Assembly (NCBI GenBank): GCA_001244265.2
Contig: CDLV01000017.1
Location: 62,001-126,000 of the forward strand
DNA from: Microbotryum violaceum
Taxonomy: Eukaryota
Direction: 5' to 3'
DNA: 64,000 bases
Below the pieces are notes generated by a model. It searched no databases. It worked only from the letters and a program-made list of their open reading frames with translations, and was not told the DNA's origin. Shown here piece after piece: positions 47,311 to 59,533 of this stretch. The first letter of the stretch is position 1. The number at the start of each line of letters is the position of its first letter. The position numbers and the translations under genes are program-made.

Positions 47311-49346
47311 AGCGTTTCTTTTTGGTCTACGAATGAAGTGTAATCAAGATGGGTTTGTTTTTCTGCTTTTAGATGAGTGTGCGTTATTGGAGTATCACGA
47401 CGTGAGGCGCGTGGAGGGGAGCGCGGAGAGATGCAGCCTTGTGGTATGGCGCCAGTTCGCCCGACCGATCCGTCCCGAGGACTTGGCCATCGTTCGTTCA
47501 TTCCGATTGTGCAACGAGATGTCTATGAATGATTCAACCAGCCACTCGCATATGACGACCCAAACGAACTTTCAAGACAGGGGCTCTCCAGCCCAGCTTG
47601 GGACATCTGGACCGCTCTCACCTCGTGACCTCGAACATCTACGATCATCAAGACCGGTGCACGTTAGCCATGCCATGGATGACGTACACATTCAGTCTCC
47701 TTTTGTAACCTCTTTCTTTCCTGTTTTCCTGTTTGATCGGTTTCGATTCTGTAGAGGGTCTAGACACCGCCTCAACAAAGGGTGCCGAGCGCGGGAAGTA
47801 TTGTTGGCTCCCAAATTCGCCGTCGGCTGATCGTCGAATACTGGAGGCCCATTCCTCCCCTGTTGTTATCGACAGAGTCTCGACCCTTGAATGACGTCAG
47901 CCCATCCCGTATCCAAACTTTTATCAAGGCTCATGGAACAACAGCAGGCGGTGTTGGTCTAGTTGAATTTGGACGAGGAAGAGGTTGTATCGTACGACGA
48001 TGATCTGTCACTGGGAAAAGGTTCAAGAACTTTCTGGAGCCTCATTTTCGACCTCATTTTCGACTCGGAGGAGCTCGAGGAATGTCCACTTCATCCAGTG
48101 ATGCAAAGTGCCGAGTCGCGACAGCGCCTCTGCATGTGGTCGTGGTGAGCCCCTCCTGCGGAAATTGGTGGTCAAGCTGTTGATTTTGGCGAAGGAGGGT
48201 TTGAAGAGGCGAGACATGGTAAGCCAAATCTCGTTGGGCCCATATTTTCAAACTCGACTAGGTCGGACTCCAGCTTAGGTTTCGGCATGTCGAGATGTTA
48301 AATGTCAGTTCAAAGGGGTGTTTCATTTCCGCTGATGGTGCGACGGATTTGCGCGAACGCTAAAGAGCTGAACTAGCTTGTCCATGCGCATATGTCACCT
48401 CGCTCCTCAGTCCCACGACCGTCATGCCATTGACAACCAGCTGGGTAGATCATGGGTCTTACGCACTTCCCACCTGCGCTTCGGACTCTCCCTCATGCTG
48501 GGGTACCTTCTCATTCCACGACTTTTTTCCTCTCGTGACCCCAAATTCCTTTTCCTACCTCACCGGTTGAGGATGGCTTTCATAGCTTGGTTTGGGGGGA
48601 CGCGTGTTTGAGTTGGATACGAGGTATGATAGGAAGGAGGCGGGGGGGGGTTGGGACAGCTGCAGGAAGAAAAAAGGGAAAGGGGAAAGGGGAAGAGTAA
48701 GGAGGAGGAGAACGGCCAGGATCGCGCCAGGAGGCTCCGAGTCACAGGAGCTGAGGTAGGAGAATCGGAGGTGAGGTTCTTGAATTTGTGGGAATAAAGT
48801 ACTTTTGATTCTTGAAGAGCCGCTACCCAGACTACTGCCCGAGTTGCGATCGATCGTGCATTCGACCGAGGTGGAGTTGGACGCGCGCGACGCGCTCCTA
48901 TCTTGATGATCAAGATGGAAATTTTGAGGGACATCGTAAAATGGTATTCCCCCCAAAAAACTGCCTCGAATTTTGATGTGACCTGCGCAGCTCTGTGCGA
49001 TGACGCACCACCAGGTAATAGCCCGGGTTGCACGTGTAAAGGCGGTACTACGCGAGAGTGAGTGGGGGGGAAGAGCGACGACGAGCGTCTATACGAGAGT
49101 GGGCCCCCCCGCTTTGTGCAGTGGCCTGCAGTGGCCGTGTCCGGGGCCGTGTCCGGGGCCGTGTCTGGATGGCGCTCTCTCGCTCGCTCCTCTCCTCTGC
49201 TCACGATCTCGCCGCGATTATCACCTGCACTTACTCTCCTCTGGTCATACACATTGAGCCTTGATCAAGGTCGACTGTCTCTGCGGATCGTGTGCACCCC
49301 GCTGTAGCTGCTGGACTGGATTCACGTGACGTGAGGTGATCGCAGG

Positions 49347-51451
49347 ATGGCCTCCTTCCCCACTTGGAGTCGCATCGGCGCCCCTACTACGACACGCGCT
49401 ATCGCCGCACGGACCTCGTCAAACGCTAACGCTGACGACGACACGCATGACTCGAACAGCAGCCGGCTCGGACAGAGTCACCGCAGCATCTACACCGCCA
49501 CATCCGCTCACTCTGAAACCACCACGAACGACCCATCCCCAGCACACGGTGGCCGCCGTCGTCGATCGTACCTCCGATTGCTGGTCGGAGTAACGGCGTC
49601 GGCGTTGATCGTGTCGGTGCTGCTCGTGTCGTCGTCACGCTTCCATCCGCGTCGCCACGACGAACTGTTCCGCGCGAGCACCACCCTCAGTGCCAGTGCC
49701 AGTGCCAGTGCCAGTGCCAGCCAAACGATCGACACAACCTGGCTAGAACTTACCGCAAGACCCGTCTTTGACACTCGTCTCATCGTCATTCCGGCCTCGT
49801 CGAGGAATTGGGATGACGTCTATTTGAGCTATCGCCACCACGTCCTCGGCTTCGTCCAAGCGCTCGGCAACTGGCTCACCCCGCTCTTTCTCGATCCGGC
49901 GAACACCGTCATGTCGGCCGATCAGGTATTCTACGTTGAAGATTTCGATGGTGATCACAATGTCGAGGTGGATGAGGTGGATTCGGAAAGTGTCGTCGAT
50001 GGTGCTTGGTCCCATTGGAGTGAGAGCGCGGTATTCGTCGAGGTCGGTTCACTGTCACGAAAGCGCCGTCCCCTGTCTGAACCGCTCAGCTGACCATGTA
50101 CTTTCCACGCCCACAGGCGACGCAAGCAATGTACGCTTCTAGGCCGGCCTCATTCGGCCCCCACATCCTCCTCGAACCTCTGCAGTTGCACCTCTACCCC
50201 ATCACGGCTTTCGCCAACACCGATATGCACGCCTGCAACCTCTCCTCGACCCCCGACGACTCTTCATCGCTCCACAAGTACCCTACCCCACCACGACAGG
50301 GTTGGATCGCCCTGATCGAACGAGGCGGCTGCCCCTTTTCCAATAAAGTCAGGTTCGCGCAAGAGAGGAACGCCGCTGCTGTTGTATTTGGTGACTCGAG
50401 TACGCAGGAAGGCGGCGTCTCGGGTGGGTTCGGGTTGCTCACGCCTTGGAGCCCAGGTAAGCACAATGACCACGACAAGATTCCACCTCTTCATGAGCTG
50501 ATGTTGTATCGTACGTGTTTGACAGATGATACCCATGACGTCCGGATACCTTCAACGTTCGTTTCGCGAGCCTCGTATCTCTCGATCCTTCGAACCTGGC
50601 AGGACGTACAAGACGGGCAATCCAAAGACCCTCAAGGCCTGCTCGTCACCTTGTCCAAAGACGAGCTCTTTGCTTGGCCCCTGCTCGACCTACTCGTCCT
50701 GATCCTCTTCCTCCCCTCCCTTCTCACGCTCTTGACGGTCTTTACCCAACGTCTCCGAATGATCCGCCAACGTCGATTGGACCGAGCGCCTCGCGACGTC
50801 GTCGCCAAGTTGCCCGTCTTCCTGTGGGGTGGTACCGAAAAGGGGCCACAAACGGTGTCGATCTCTTTGGATGAAGAGCAAGTGATCGGATCGAGCTCCT
50901 GCGTTCATTCCATCGCAACCGAATCGACGCCTTTGCTCGACTCTTCTAGCTCGATCACGGCTGCGATTCCCTGCCCAGCCTACCTCAAATACCTCCCCGA
51001 CGCCATCACACGACGGATCCGTCGCCCGAACTCCTCCTCATCCGCTCTAGCCCCCCGCCGTCGCTCGAATCTCAAATTCCGACCTTCGAACGAATGTTCC
51101 ATCTGTCTTTCCGAGTTTGAAAACGGTGACGCAGTGATGGAATTGCCCTGTGGGCATCTTTTTCACAAGGAGGAGATTGAATCGTGGTTGTTGGAGAGCA
51201 AGCGCGTGTGTCCGATTTGTAGGGCCAGTATCACGGCTGAAGATGGGGTCGAAGAAGAAGGCCTGGTCGATGGCGATGGAGGTGATCCTTCTCGTTCGAG
51301 AGCACAAACTGTCGACGCGACGACCCAAACATCCGCCGGCTCATCGTCTCCTCTTGCCGTACCCAGTGACATCATCGACCAGGAGAGGACGGCACTCGCC
51401 CCCATCGCGACCGGTTCGAGTGTGACGCTCGACTTTGTCCCCGATTCTTGA
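49347..51451 (+). CDS. PA-domain / transmembrane / RING-H2 E3 ligase (RNF13/RMR-like)
   Basis: N-terminal hydrophobic segment, PA domain (WIALIERGGCPFSNKVRFAQ), TM helix, and RING-H2 CSICLSEF..LPCGHLFH..WL..CPIC. Confidence 0.88.
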
Positions 51452-51741
51452 CACACGTAGACTCTTCTCCGTCTGTCCAAGTTCCGCTTGTTTCTTCTTC
51501 GTGTTTGGGTTCCGTATTGTATCTGCATGTGTAGTGTCTTTCGTACGTATATGTGTGCATCCCCTCTCGTTTTCGTTTATTTGCTTTCTTGTCGTCGATG
51601 TCCATTTATTTGCAACGGATCGCCTCATCTTTTCCCCACTCTATGCACAGCACACTACAAAATCCAGTTTCCACCAAGCATATGCTCCGTACTCAATGCA
51701 CCGAGAACAACTATAAGTTAAACGTCACCGCCCTACTGAGA

Positions 51742-54700
51742 CTATCCTCGAGGCAACGAAGGGCGTCTCGACTCGAAATTAAGCTTCGTCAACCCACTAC
51801 CCCCAACGCCACCCATCATCGGACCCAAACTACTCCTCGCCGTCGTCGGTCTCCTAGCAACCATCGTCTGACTCTTCCCCCTTCTCGATGATAAAGTTTG
51901 TTGGCGTCGTATCTCTTCGTTACGGTCAAAGATGATGGATTTCTTACGCATCGCTTGCGCGAGAAAGTGTTCATCTTCTTTGTCATCATCGTCATCGTCC
52001 TCATCGTAGGAGGAGGAAACCGGATTTTTGTTGATAGGAGAAGCGGAGGGTTGGCTATCGGTTCCTCGGGATGAGCTGATACTTTTTGAAACCTTAAGCA
52101 TGGTTGAACCCTGTTGAATAGGTTCACCACCACGAAACGCTTCCTTCCCCTGACTCGTCTCCTTCATCAATGCCATCCACTCATTCGTCAAAGGCGTTCG
52201 TCGATCCATAGGCACCGACACCGCCGCCTCATGAGACGGAGAAGTTATAACGGTCTTCTCGATCGCCGAATCGACCGAACAACTCGATTGATGATGTCGT
52301 CTCGTACTGAAAGAACGCTCCAACTCTACCCCACCACCACCACCTACATCGGGACGCGGGGAGGGGGATAATTTCGAACTTGACGTCGCATCTATGAACG
52401 TCCTTTCCCTTTCGCGTTCACTTTCCGATCGATTCGGTGGCGGACTACTAGGCGTCTTGGATATCATCCCATTGTTCAAAGACCATTTCGTCGTCGAACT
52501 TAAAATCGATCTCCAGCAATCGAAATTATCTTCCTTCCCTCTAGGAAGTGGTAGAGTTTGACATCTCGCACGTTCCTTGGGGTCCGAATCGTTAGTTTCG
52601 CAAGATTTGAAATCCTTAGGTGAACTTGCCGAAGCGGTTCTTGGTTGACCAAAAGTTGGAAAACGAAATCCCTCGGTTGATAAATCGGTCGTTATGGAAG
52701 GAAGGTTCAATGCTTCGGGTTTGGTACTACGTCGTTGGGAACGGTTCGATTCGCTCGAAGCTGAGCCGGCTATCGAGGTGGATCGGGTCGGAGAAGGGTT
52801 GGTGATCAATCCGCCGTGGTGGGATGCATAAGCGAGGTTGATGGCTGGATGCAACAAAAAAAAAACCTCCCAATTCATCAGAAATTGGAGAGGAAGTTGG
52901 CTTCTTTGCTTGACAAGACTTACCATTGAACCTATACTCCAACGAATCGCTCGGCTCCAAAAACTCGTTTCCATCTTCGCCCGTGACTCGCATCAGGTTG
53001 ACGTAATCGGCATAAGAAGTTGGGGAGAGGATCAACGAGCGACCGTCACCGAACCGAAGGGCGACGATGAACTCTGCGTAAAGTAAAAGGGATGAAATAA
53101 AATAAGAAATCATCGCTGGAAAAGGTGTAGGATAGGGGAGAACGTACTCCGAGATCCGGGCGGTGCTATCTCCTGCGACTTGACGGCGAGGGCGGGCAGC
53201 GTACCCGTGAATTCAGTCACTGATCCCTGTCATCAGCGGTAGAGAGGAAGTTTCAGAACCACCACAGCGGTAACTGAGATCTTTAAAGACTTTGATGAAA
53301 TACCTTAGACAACTTCAGCTGCCCCTCGCACACCATGAGCGAACGTGATGACCATTTCCTGTAGGGGGGGGGGGGGGGGGCGATTCCGATCAGTCTCACA
53401 ATGTCAACTGGGCCTCGGAGCCGAGCATGTGTAACAAGGCTCGACTCACCATTTCGACGACTCGGACATGAGTAGACGTAGTCCTGGGATCGTTTCGACC
53501 GGACTTTTGGAGACGAGGACGTTCTCGATGAACAGGAACGCTTGAGGATATTGGCTCAGCGGTGGATCGAATTGGACCCCCCCAGGCAATAACTGTGAAA
53601 GACCGATCCAGATCAGATGCTTGGAGCGTGTCGGTAGCATACTCGAAACATACCGTCAACACGTCATATTGCTTCAACTTTCGACCGACCATGGCAGCGT
53701 CGTCCGAGTGACAGCCCTACGGAAGAAAGGAGAGGAAGGGGCCCGGATCAGAGCCGGCGCCCGGAAAAAGCAGTTGAAGCAGGCCGAACGCACCAAGACC
53801 GCGCTGACGAGTCGGTGTTGCTCAAAGGACCACATCTCTTCTTCCCGCGTGATTATTCGGCCTGGAAACCCGGAAAACCCAAACAGGTCGGTTTGCTCCT
53901 TATGTGGGACCGTACGACTCCTCGATCTGGTCACTTTGGACGGAAATGCCTTGACGGCCCCCGAAAGCTTGGCCGTCGGGCCGCCTCGACCATCACCGCG
54001 AGCGAACATCGCCGTGACCGCGACGGACGAGCGTCGTCCCGAAGTAGGGAGACTAGTCCCCTGGAATGCTTCGGTCTCGTATGGCATCTGTGGGGGCGAA
54101 TGGGATCGATTGCACTCCTCTTCCTCCGCTGTACGGGGGAGCGATATCTGGCTGCCCGTGCTGAACGACGAGGTCGAGTCCGGGAATACTTCATGGGCCG
54201 AGGAGGAGGATTCGTCGAACAAGCTTTGATTCGGCGATCCTTCTGGCATGGATGATTGGGCCGAGGAAGCTGGTGTGCGGAAAACTTCCGAGAAGCCGCC
54301 GCCGAGCACGAAGGGTGAGCTCGGCTCCTGAGGCGGAAAGGAGGCGTGTTCGGTTGGCCCCTGTCTCAGCGCCCGAGGTTAAAGTCTCAAGTCAGACCAG
54401 AGTTCGTCGCAGGGGCGGTCGCGTGATAACGAAGGAATGAGCTGCAGCTTGAACTCACGGTAGGACTACGGATAGCATCTTTGGCTGTCTGTGAATGCGA
54501 TGTAGCTGAATGCGTTGACGTCGACATGACCGCTGAGGTCGCCTGTTTGCGCTGCGTCGCGACGGCAACCTGCAATGTCTCACGCTGAACACTTTCTCGG
54601 AGAACGGACGGAGTTCCACAGGGGAGGAGTTTCTGCAGTGCTTGCAGCTTGACCTCGCCTATCCTCATCGTCTCGGGCACCTCGAGCACGATCCATCGGT

Positions 54701-54785
54701 CAGTATAGAGATGGCGGATCGTCAGGCGGAGGTGGTTCGCACGGGGCGGGGGATAGGGTAGCTGCAGGTGTTGGTTAGACGCCAT
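51742..54785 (-). CDS. Hypothetical protein, multi-exon (possible ubiquitin-like N-terminus and PH-like segment)
   Basis: Long same-strand ORFs (54387-54785, 53674-54309, 53446-53640, 51742-52974) separated by GT..AG introns. Domain guesses are tentative. Confidence 0.6.
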
Positions 54786-55459
54786 TGACCCGCCTCAAAG
54801 GGCCTGGCTTGTAAGAGAATGCGACCACTGGAGGCGAGTGAGCCGTTCCGAGATGGGTGAAAGTGAGCTGAGAGAGCGCGTCGTCGTCACGGCTAGCACC
54901 GCGATCGCCGGATTTGCCAGTCAGTCGAGGAGGACTCAGGTGACGTCTTCAGGAAGCTAGTAGCTGCCACGTGGACCGCAGACTAGGGAGGGATAAGGGG
55001 GTCCGATCCGCCTCCTCAACCTGCCAGACTGAGCTTGAAGAGCATACGGTTTACGGGTGGTGGAGGACAGAGGAGACAGTGGTCGGGGACAACGATGCGA
55101 AGATGAGGGACGGCCCGGTCGAAGTCAAGTGAGCTCGCGCCTCGCCATGCTGGCGTCCACGGCAGTCCACGGCCGCTAAGCGGGTGCTCTCCTAGCTGCT
55201 CTCCTGACCGGCTCGCTCGCCGTTTCCCGTATCGGCTCAAAAGGAGCGCTGTCTCCTACCTGGAGAAATGCACCGACCGTCTGAGAAACCAACGGACCTG
55301 CTCCCATTCTTGCTGCTGCGGCAAGGAGTCCAAACGAGAATATTTTTACAGAGCAAACGAGTCATCTACACCTTGGAAGATAAACCTTCCACCATTCACG
55401 AACCCAGATAAAAAAAACCCAAGAAGTCACGACGCAAACATAATCAGGACCAAGGCTCC

Positions 55460-57821
55460 CTAGATTGTGTACACGAACGAGGGGTGTTTATCACCCAAGT
55501 CGCGTAGCTCCTGAAGGGAGTAGACACGCTTCTCGTGATCAGGCAACGAGTTCTGGAACTCGATCTCGCGCTCCTTCTTCTCGTTCTCGCGCTTGAGTAG
55601 ATAGGCGTAAAGGGGCGCGCAGAACAAGCCGAGCACAATGCAGCCCAAAACGCTGCCGTCTACAAAGAGTCAGAGCGGGGTCACCAGGCCAGTGAATCAG
55701 TGAATTGGTCCAAGGGCGATCTATGCATGCTTCGGTCAACTCACGACCGAGGAAATAGCGGGGCTTTTTGCGGTAGACGTTGGACGAGACGAGCGCACCC
55801 AAGTTGCCAATTCCGATCTAGTGTTATGAGCAGGTTGAAGATGAATCAGCTTCTGAACCACACCCTGAGTCGAGTACGAGTGAGAGACGACTCACCTGGA
55901 ATGCACTTCCGACACCTCGCTTGGTCTGACCGGACAAGTTGTTGGAGAGCCACGTCACGACAGCGGGCAAGCCACCGTACGAGCCGGCAGCCGTCAAGAA
56001 GAGACCAAAGTACTTGACACCACTCGGTGCAGGGGTGAGATTGATGATGATGCCAAGTGCAGAGAGACCCAAGGCGGCCATGACGAAGGGGAAACGAGTC
56101 TTCATGCGATCGGCGTAGATGGCGGTGATGAGGACGTAAATGCAAGCAAAGACGTAGACAGGGATTGTCAGGAGCTGGACTTGAGGTCGGGTGTACTTGC
56201 CGAATGCTTGAATGAGCGTGGGCATGAAGAGACCGATCGAGTAACTGCAACAGTTAACAAAACCTCCGGTCAGTCGCTGGACCAGTTCCTCGGCCAAATT
56301 CGATGCCGGTGGCCAACTCACAGAGGAACGACAATGCCGAAGTAGTAGCCGAGAGCGAGCCAGCATTGCCACGACGTCAGAGCCTGGCGGATGTAGGTCC
56401 AGCTGACATTGGTCGCCTCGCCCGAGGCGCCCGAATCCGTCGTCTTGCGCCAGATGATGAAGTCCTGCTCCTCCTTGGTCAAGAAATGCGAGGATCGCGG
56501 CGAGTCGACGATGGCCCAAAAGGCACCGATGCCGGCTAAGGTAGTCAGGAGCCCTTCGACTGAGCGGCGTTAAAGGAGGAGTAGTTGTGCATGGGTCAGT
56601 GAGCGTGGCAGCGAACTAGACGCTACTTATGACTTACGGATAAAGATCCAGCTCCATCCGTTACGGCCGCCAACTCCACTCATAAACTGGATGCCGTATG
56701 CCAAGAGTCCGGAGAAAGCGCCACTGAAAGATCGGCAGGTGTTTGCAGGTCAGCTTTCTGGAGGGTATGTTCCCGCCTCGCCACTTGACGTCAGAACTCA
56801 CGCCAAAGTGGCCGCCGAAAAGAAGAACGCGATGCGTTGCTGGCACATGTGACGAGGGTACCAAAGTGTGAGGTAGAGAATGACTCTGTGATGCAGGCCA
56901 CCGAGTCAGCAGGGAAGCACGCGAGCGGAAGGAGCAAAGCCGGCGCACCCTGGGAACAAGCCAGCTTCGGCGATACCCAAAGCTACGCGAGTCGCGACGA
57001 GGCCGGCGAAGTTGTGTACGACTCCCACTGAAAAGTTCATACCAGTCTCTTGTCAGCACCTGATCAGGTCTCACATTAAAGAAAATCTCCTCCTTGTCGG
57101 GCAACTTACTCAAAGTCATGACGATGCCCCAGACAATGGTGATCGAACTGAGCCAGATCGACGGTCGCAGCTTCTTGAGCATCAAGTTTGAAGGAACCTC
57201 AAACAGACAGTAACTGATGAAGAAGGCCGAAAGTGCAATGGCATAGTCGTCTCCTGCGGATGGGATGCCGAGAAAAGATATTAGCCCGACTGGCCGACAC
57301 GACGCTGGGTGTGGCAAAGTTGTACTCGACCCACCCGTCATCTTGAGATCAGCTTCGAGCCCGGCAAGACGAGCATTCCCAATATTTCCGCGATCCATGA
57401 ACGACAGTAGGTAAAGCTGCGGAATGAGGATTGGTTGCGCCTCGTTAGCGAAAACCCTCACGAGCTCTGCCCGTCTTCCAGATCAGCCCAACTCACCAAG
57501 GCGAGGTACGGCAACAAGCGCAGATCGACCTGCACGGAGCCAGCAGCAGTGTGAGCTTTTGCGCGTAATGCAATGCGAGTAAAGTCTTGGGCCGCTCACC
57601 TTTCGCCAGATCTTCGCCTCTTCCTCGGGAGTAAACATCCTCGACGGCTTGACGATTTCCTCGCCATTGTGGGTATTGGAGTAGCTGCCCTCACCGGCGT
57701 GTTCGGAGGCCGTAGATTGGCCCGACAAATCCTCGATGTGTTGCATCAGCTGCTCGTGCTTGTACGGCTCGGAGCGATAGGTCCCCGGCGCGTCCACGGG
57801 GCGAGACTTCTCGTTGTCCAT
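55460..57821 (-). CDS. MFS transporter, Dal5/Tna1 (allantoate/nicotinate, anion:cation symporter) family
   Basis: LSFMDRGNIGNARLAGLEADL, FEVPSNLMLKK, LGIAEAGLFPG, WLSNNLSGQTKRG, and C-terminal DLGDKHPSFVYTI*. Confidence 0.9.
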
Positions 57822-59533
57822 CCTCGTTGCGGCGGAAATGTGCGCGCGAAGGCGGTGAATGTGGGGGACCAAGCGCGTTCACACCAGGGTGACGTGGCTT
57901 CTAAAAAGAGCCGGGCCGGAGAGAACTCGTTCGCGCTGAAGGGTCGACGGGTGGACGTAAATGCAATTGGCGACGAGAAAATCGAGAGCGCGATGTTTGG
58001 TTCGTGAGTGGCAGAAGGAGGAAAGGGCTCTTCATAAGCAGCCTGCTACAGGATGAGAAAGTGACTCCGCCTTCGGACTATAGTCGGTCGAATTACCCCG
58101 AACGTTTTGCCGCAGGCGAATGGCGCTTATTCTCACTTACCCGCGGGGCCCCGCGCGTGGGGGCAAATTGTCCGACTCGCGCGCGCAAGGTCACACAACA
58201 GGGCCGAACCACGAAGCAACGGCTTCTAAGTTTGACGTCACAGAAAGTTTAGGCCAAGCCTTTGCCTTCTCGCGGCCATTCGCCTTTCTGTCAACCCTAA
58301 TTTTAAAAGGCAGTCGCGACGACTCGCGAGTCCGATATCAATGATCGGGATCACGCATTATTGGCCGTCGAATCCGTTGTCTCGACAACTTGCCCCTCCA
58401 ACAAGATTTCGGGCGGGCAGCTGGTTTTTCAGCGAAATGCGCTAGTTGTGAAACATCCAGATGTCTATTCACACAGCAGGCCTTGCTTCGTTTACGAAGA
58501 ACAGATCGCTGGGGGAGGGAATTGATCTAGCAAACTCACGAGCTCAAGATCGCCACCTCGCAGAGCTAGTAGTCAAGGTCACTTTCATCCTCAGGCTGCT
58601 AGTATAGTGGTTTGGAATCGTCCAGCCATGTGCCTGCAATTCCTAGCGAACGGGACCGGCTTACTAATCTGTACCTTGGTATTTATAATCAGCGAGGTAC
58701 CTGGGTATAGATACAAGTCAATCGTCGTAAGCGGTCTGCTGACGGATACGGTGTCCAAGCTCTGCTCTGAGCTGAGGCCGAGAGAGTGGAAGGAAGATTC
58801 CCTAAACTCCGACAGAAGGGACGAGGGAATTCGTCGACCAGCAGTAATGGGAACGGTTTTGCCCAAAAGTGCGGATTACTTGGAAGTGATCCTCTTGTCC
58901 CAATCCAGAGATTGAAGTTCATCCCAGTGTTGTGCGAGAAGAAAGGATTCTGCGTGTCGAGCATTACCAAAGTATGTCGTCATACGGGACTCTAGTTGCA
59001 CGAAAATCGGACATCGTCGACGCTGAGGATCACACACTGCAGGATTAATGCTAGAGTTTCCGACTCGATTCGCTCGATTAAGTATAGCCAAAGGCCGAGG
59101 CTCGCATTGAGTTAGCATGGAGGGTGGCAAAGAAGCAAGGGTTTAGGGGTCAGTTCAGCTTTCATGGGGGACAGCTTCTCGATGCTCTCAGCGCGAACCT
59201 TCCTCGTCGTTTCAGCCAGTTGATGATAGGACTCGGCAGTAGTACAGGACCGTTCAGCTATCTATCTCAAGACAGAGATCTTCTTTCATATTTACATGTC
59301 GACCAACAGATTGCATACACGTTGTACGATTCCACGAACCTAAGTATCGGACAAGCCTTGACAAACGCCTACAAAACCGCAAGGGCACTCTGAGGCGTGA
59401 GGCCATGTGATCAACTCTGGGGATCTGAAAGCAACGTACGCAATCCCAGCGAATGACCTCGACGAGTAGCGAGAAAAGCGAAGCCATGACGTGGTGCAGG
59501 AAGTGATTTGAGCGATGTGGCCGGGCCGAGAGC

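Noticed and set aside
48564-48583. MKAILNR start resembling D-aminoacyl-tRNA deacylase (DTD1)
   Set aside because: No downstream exons with DTD motifs (SQFTL, NDGPVT) found.
49133-49168. Tandem 12-mer GGCCGTGTCCGG x3 and a TCACGTGAC site at about 49322 upstream of the RING ligase
   Set aside because: Real but short; nothing distinguishes it from ordinary slippage or a chance E-box.
58000-59500. Short ORFs and a 14-bp GC palindrome (58142-58155) between the MFS gene and PCS60
   Set aside because: No coherent exon chain or recognisable protein; treated as promoter and 3' UTR sequence.
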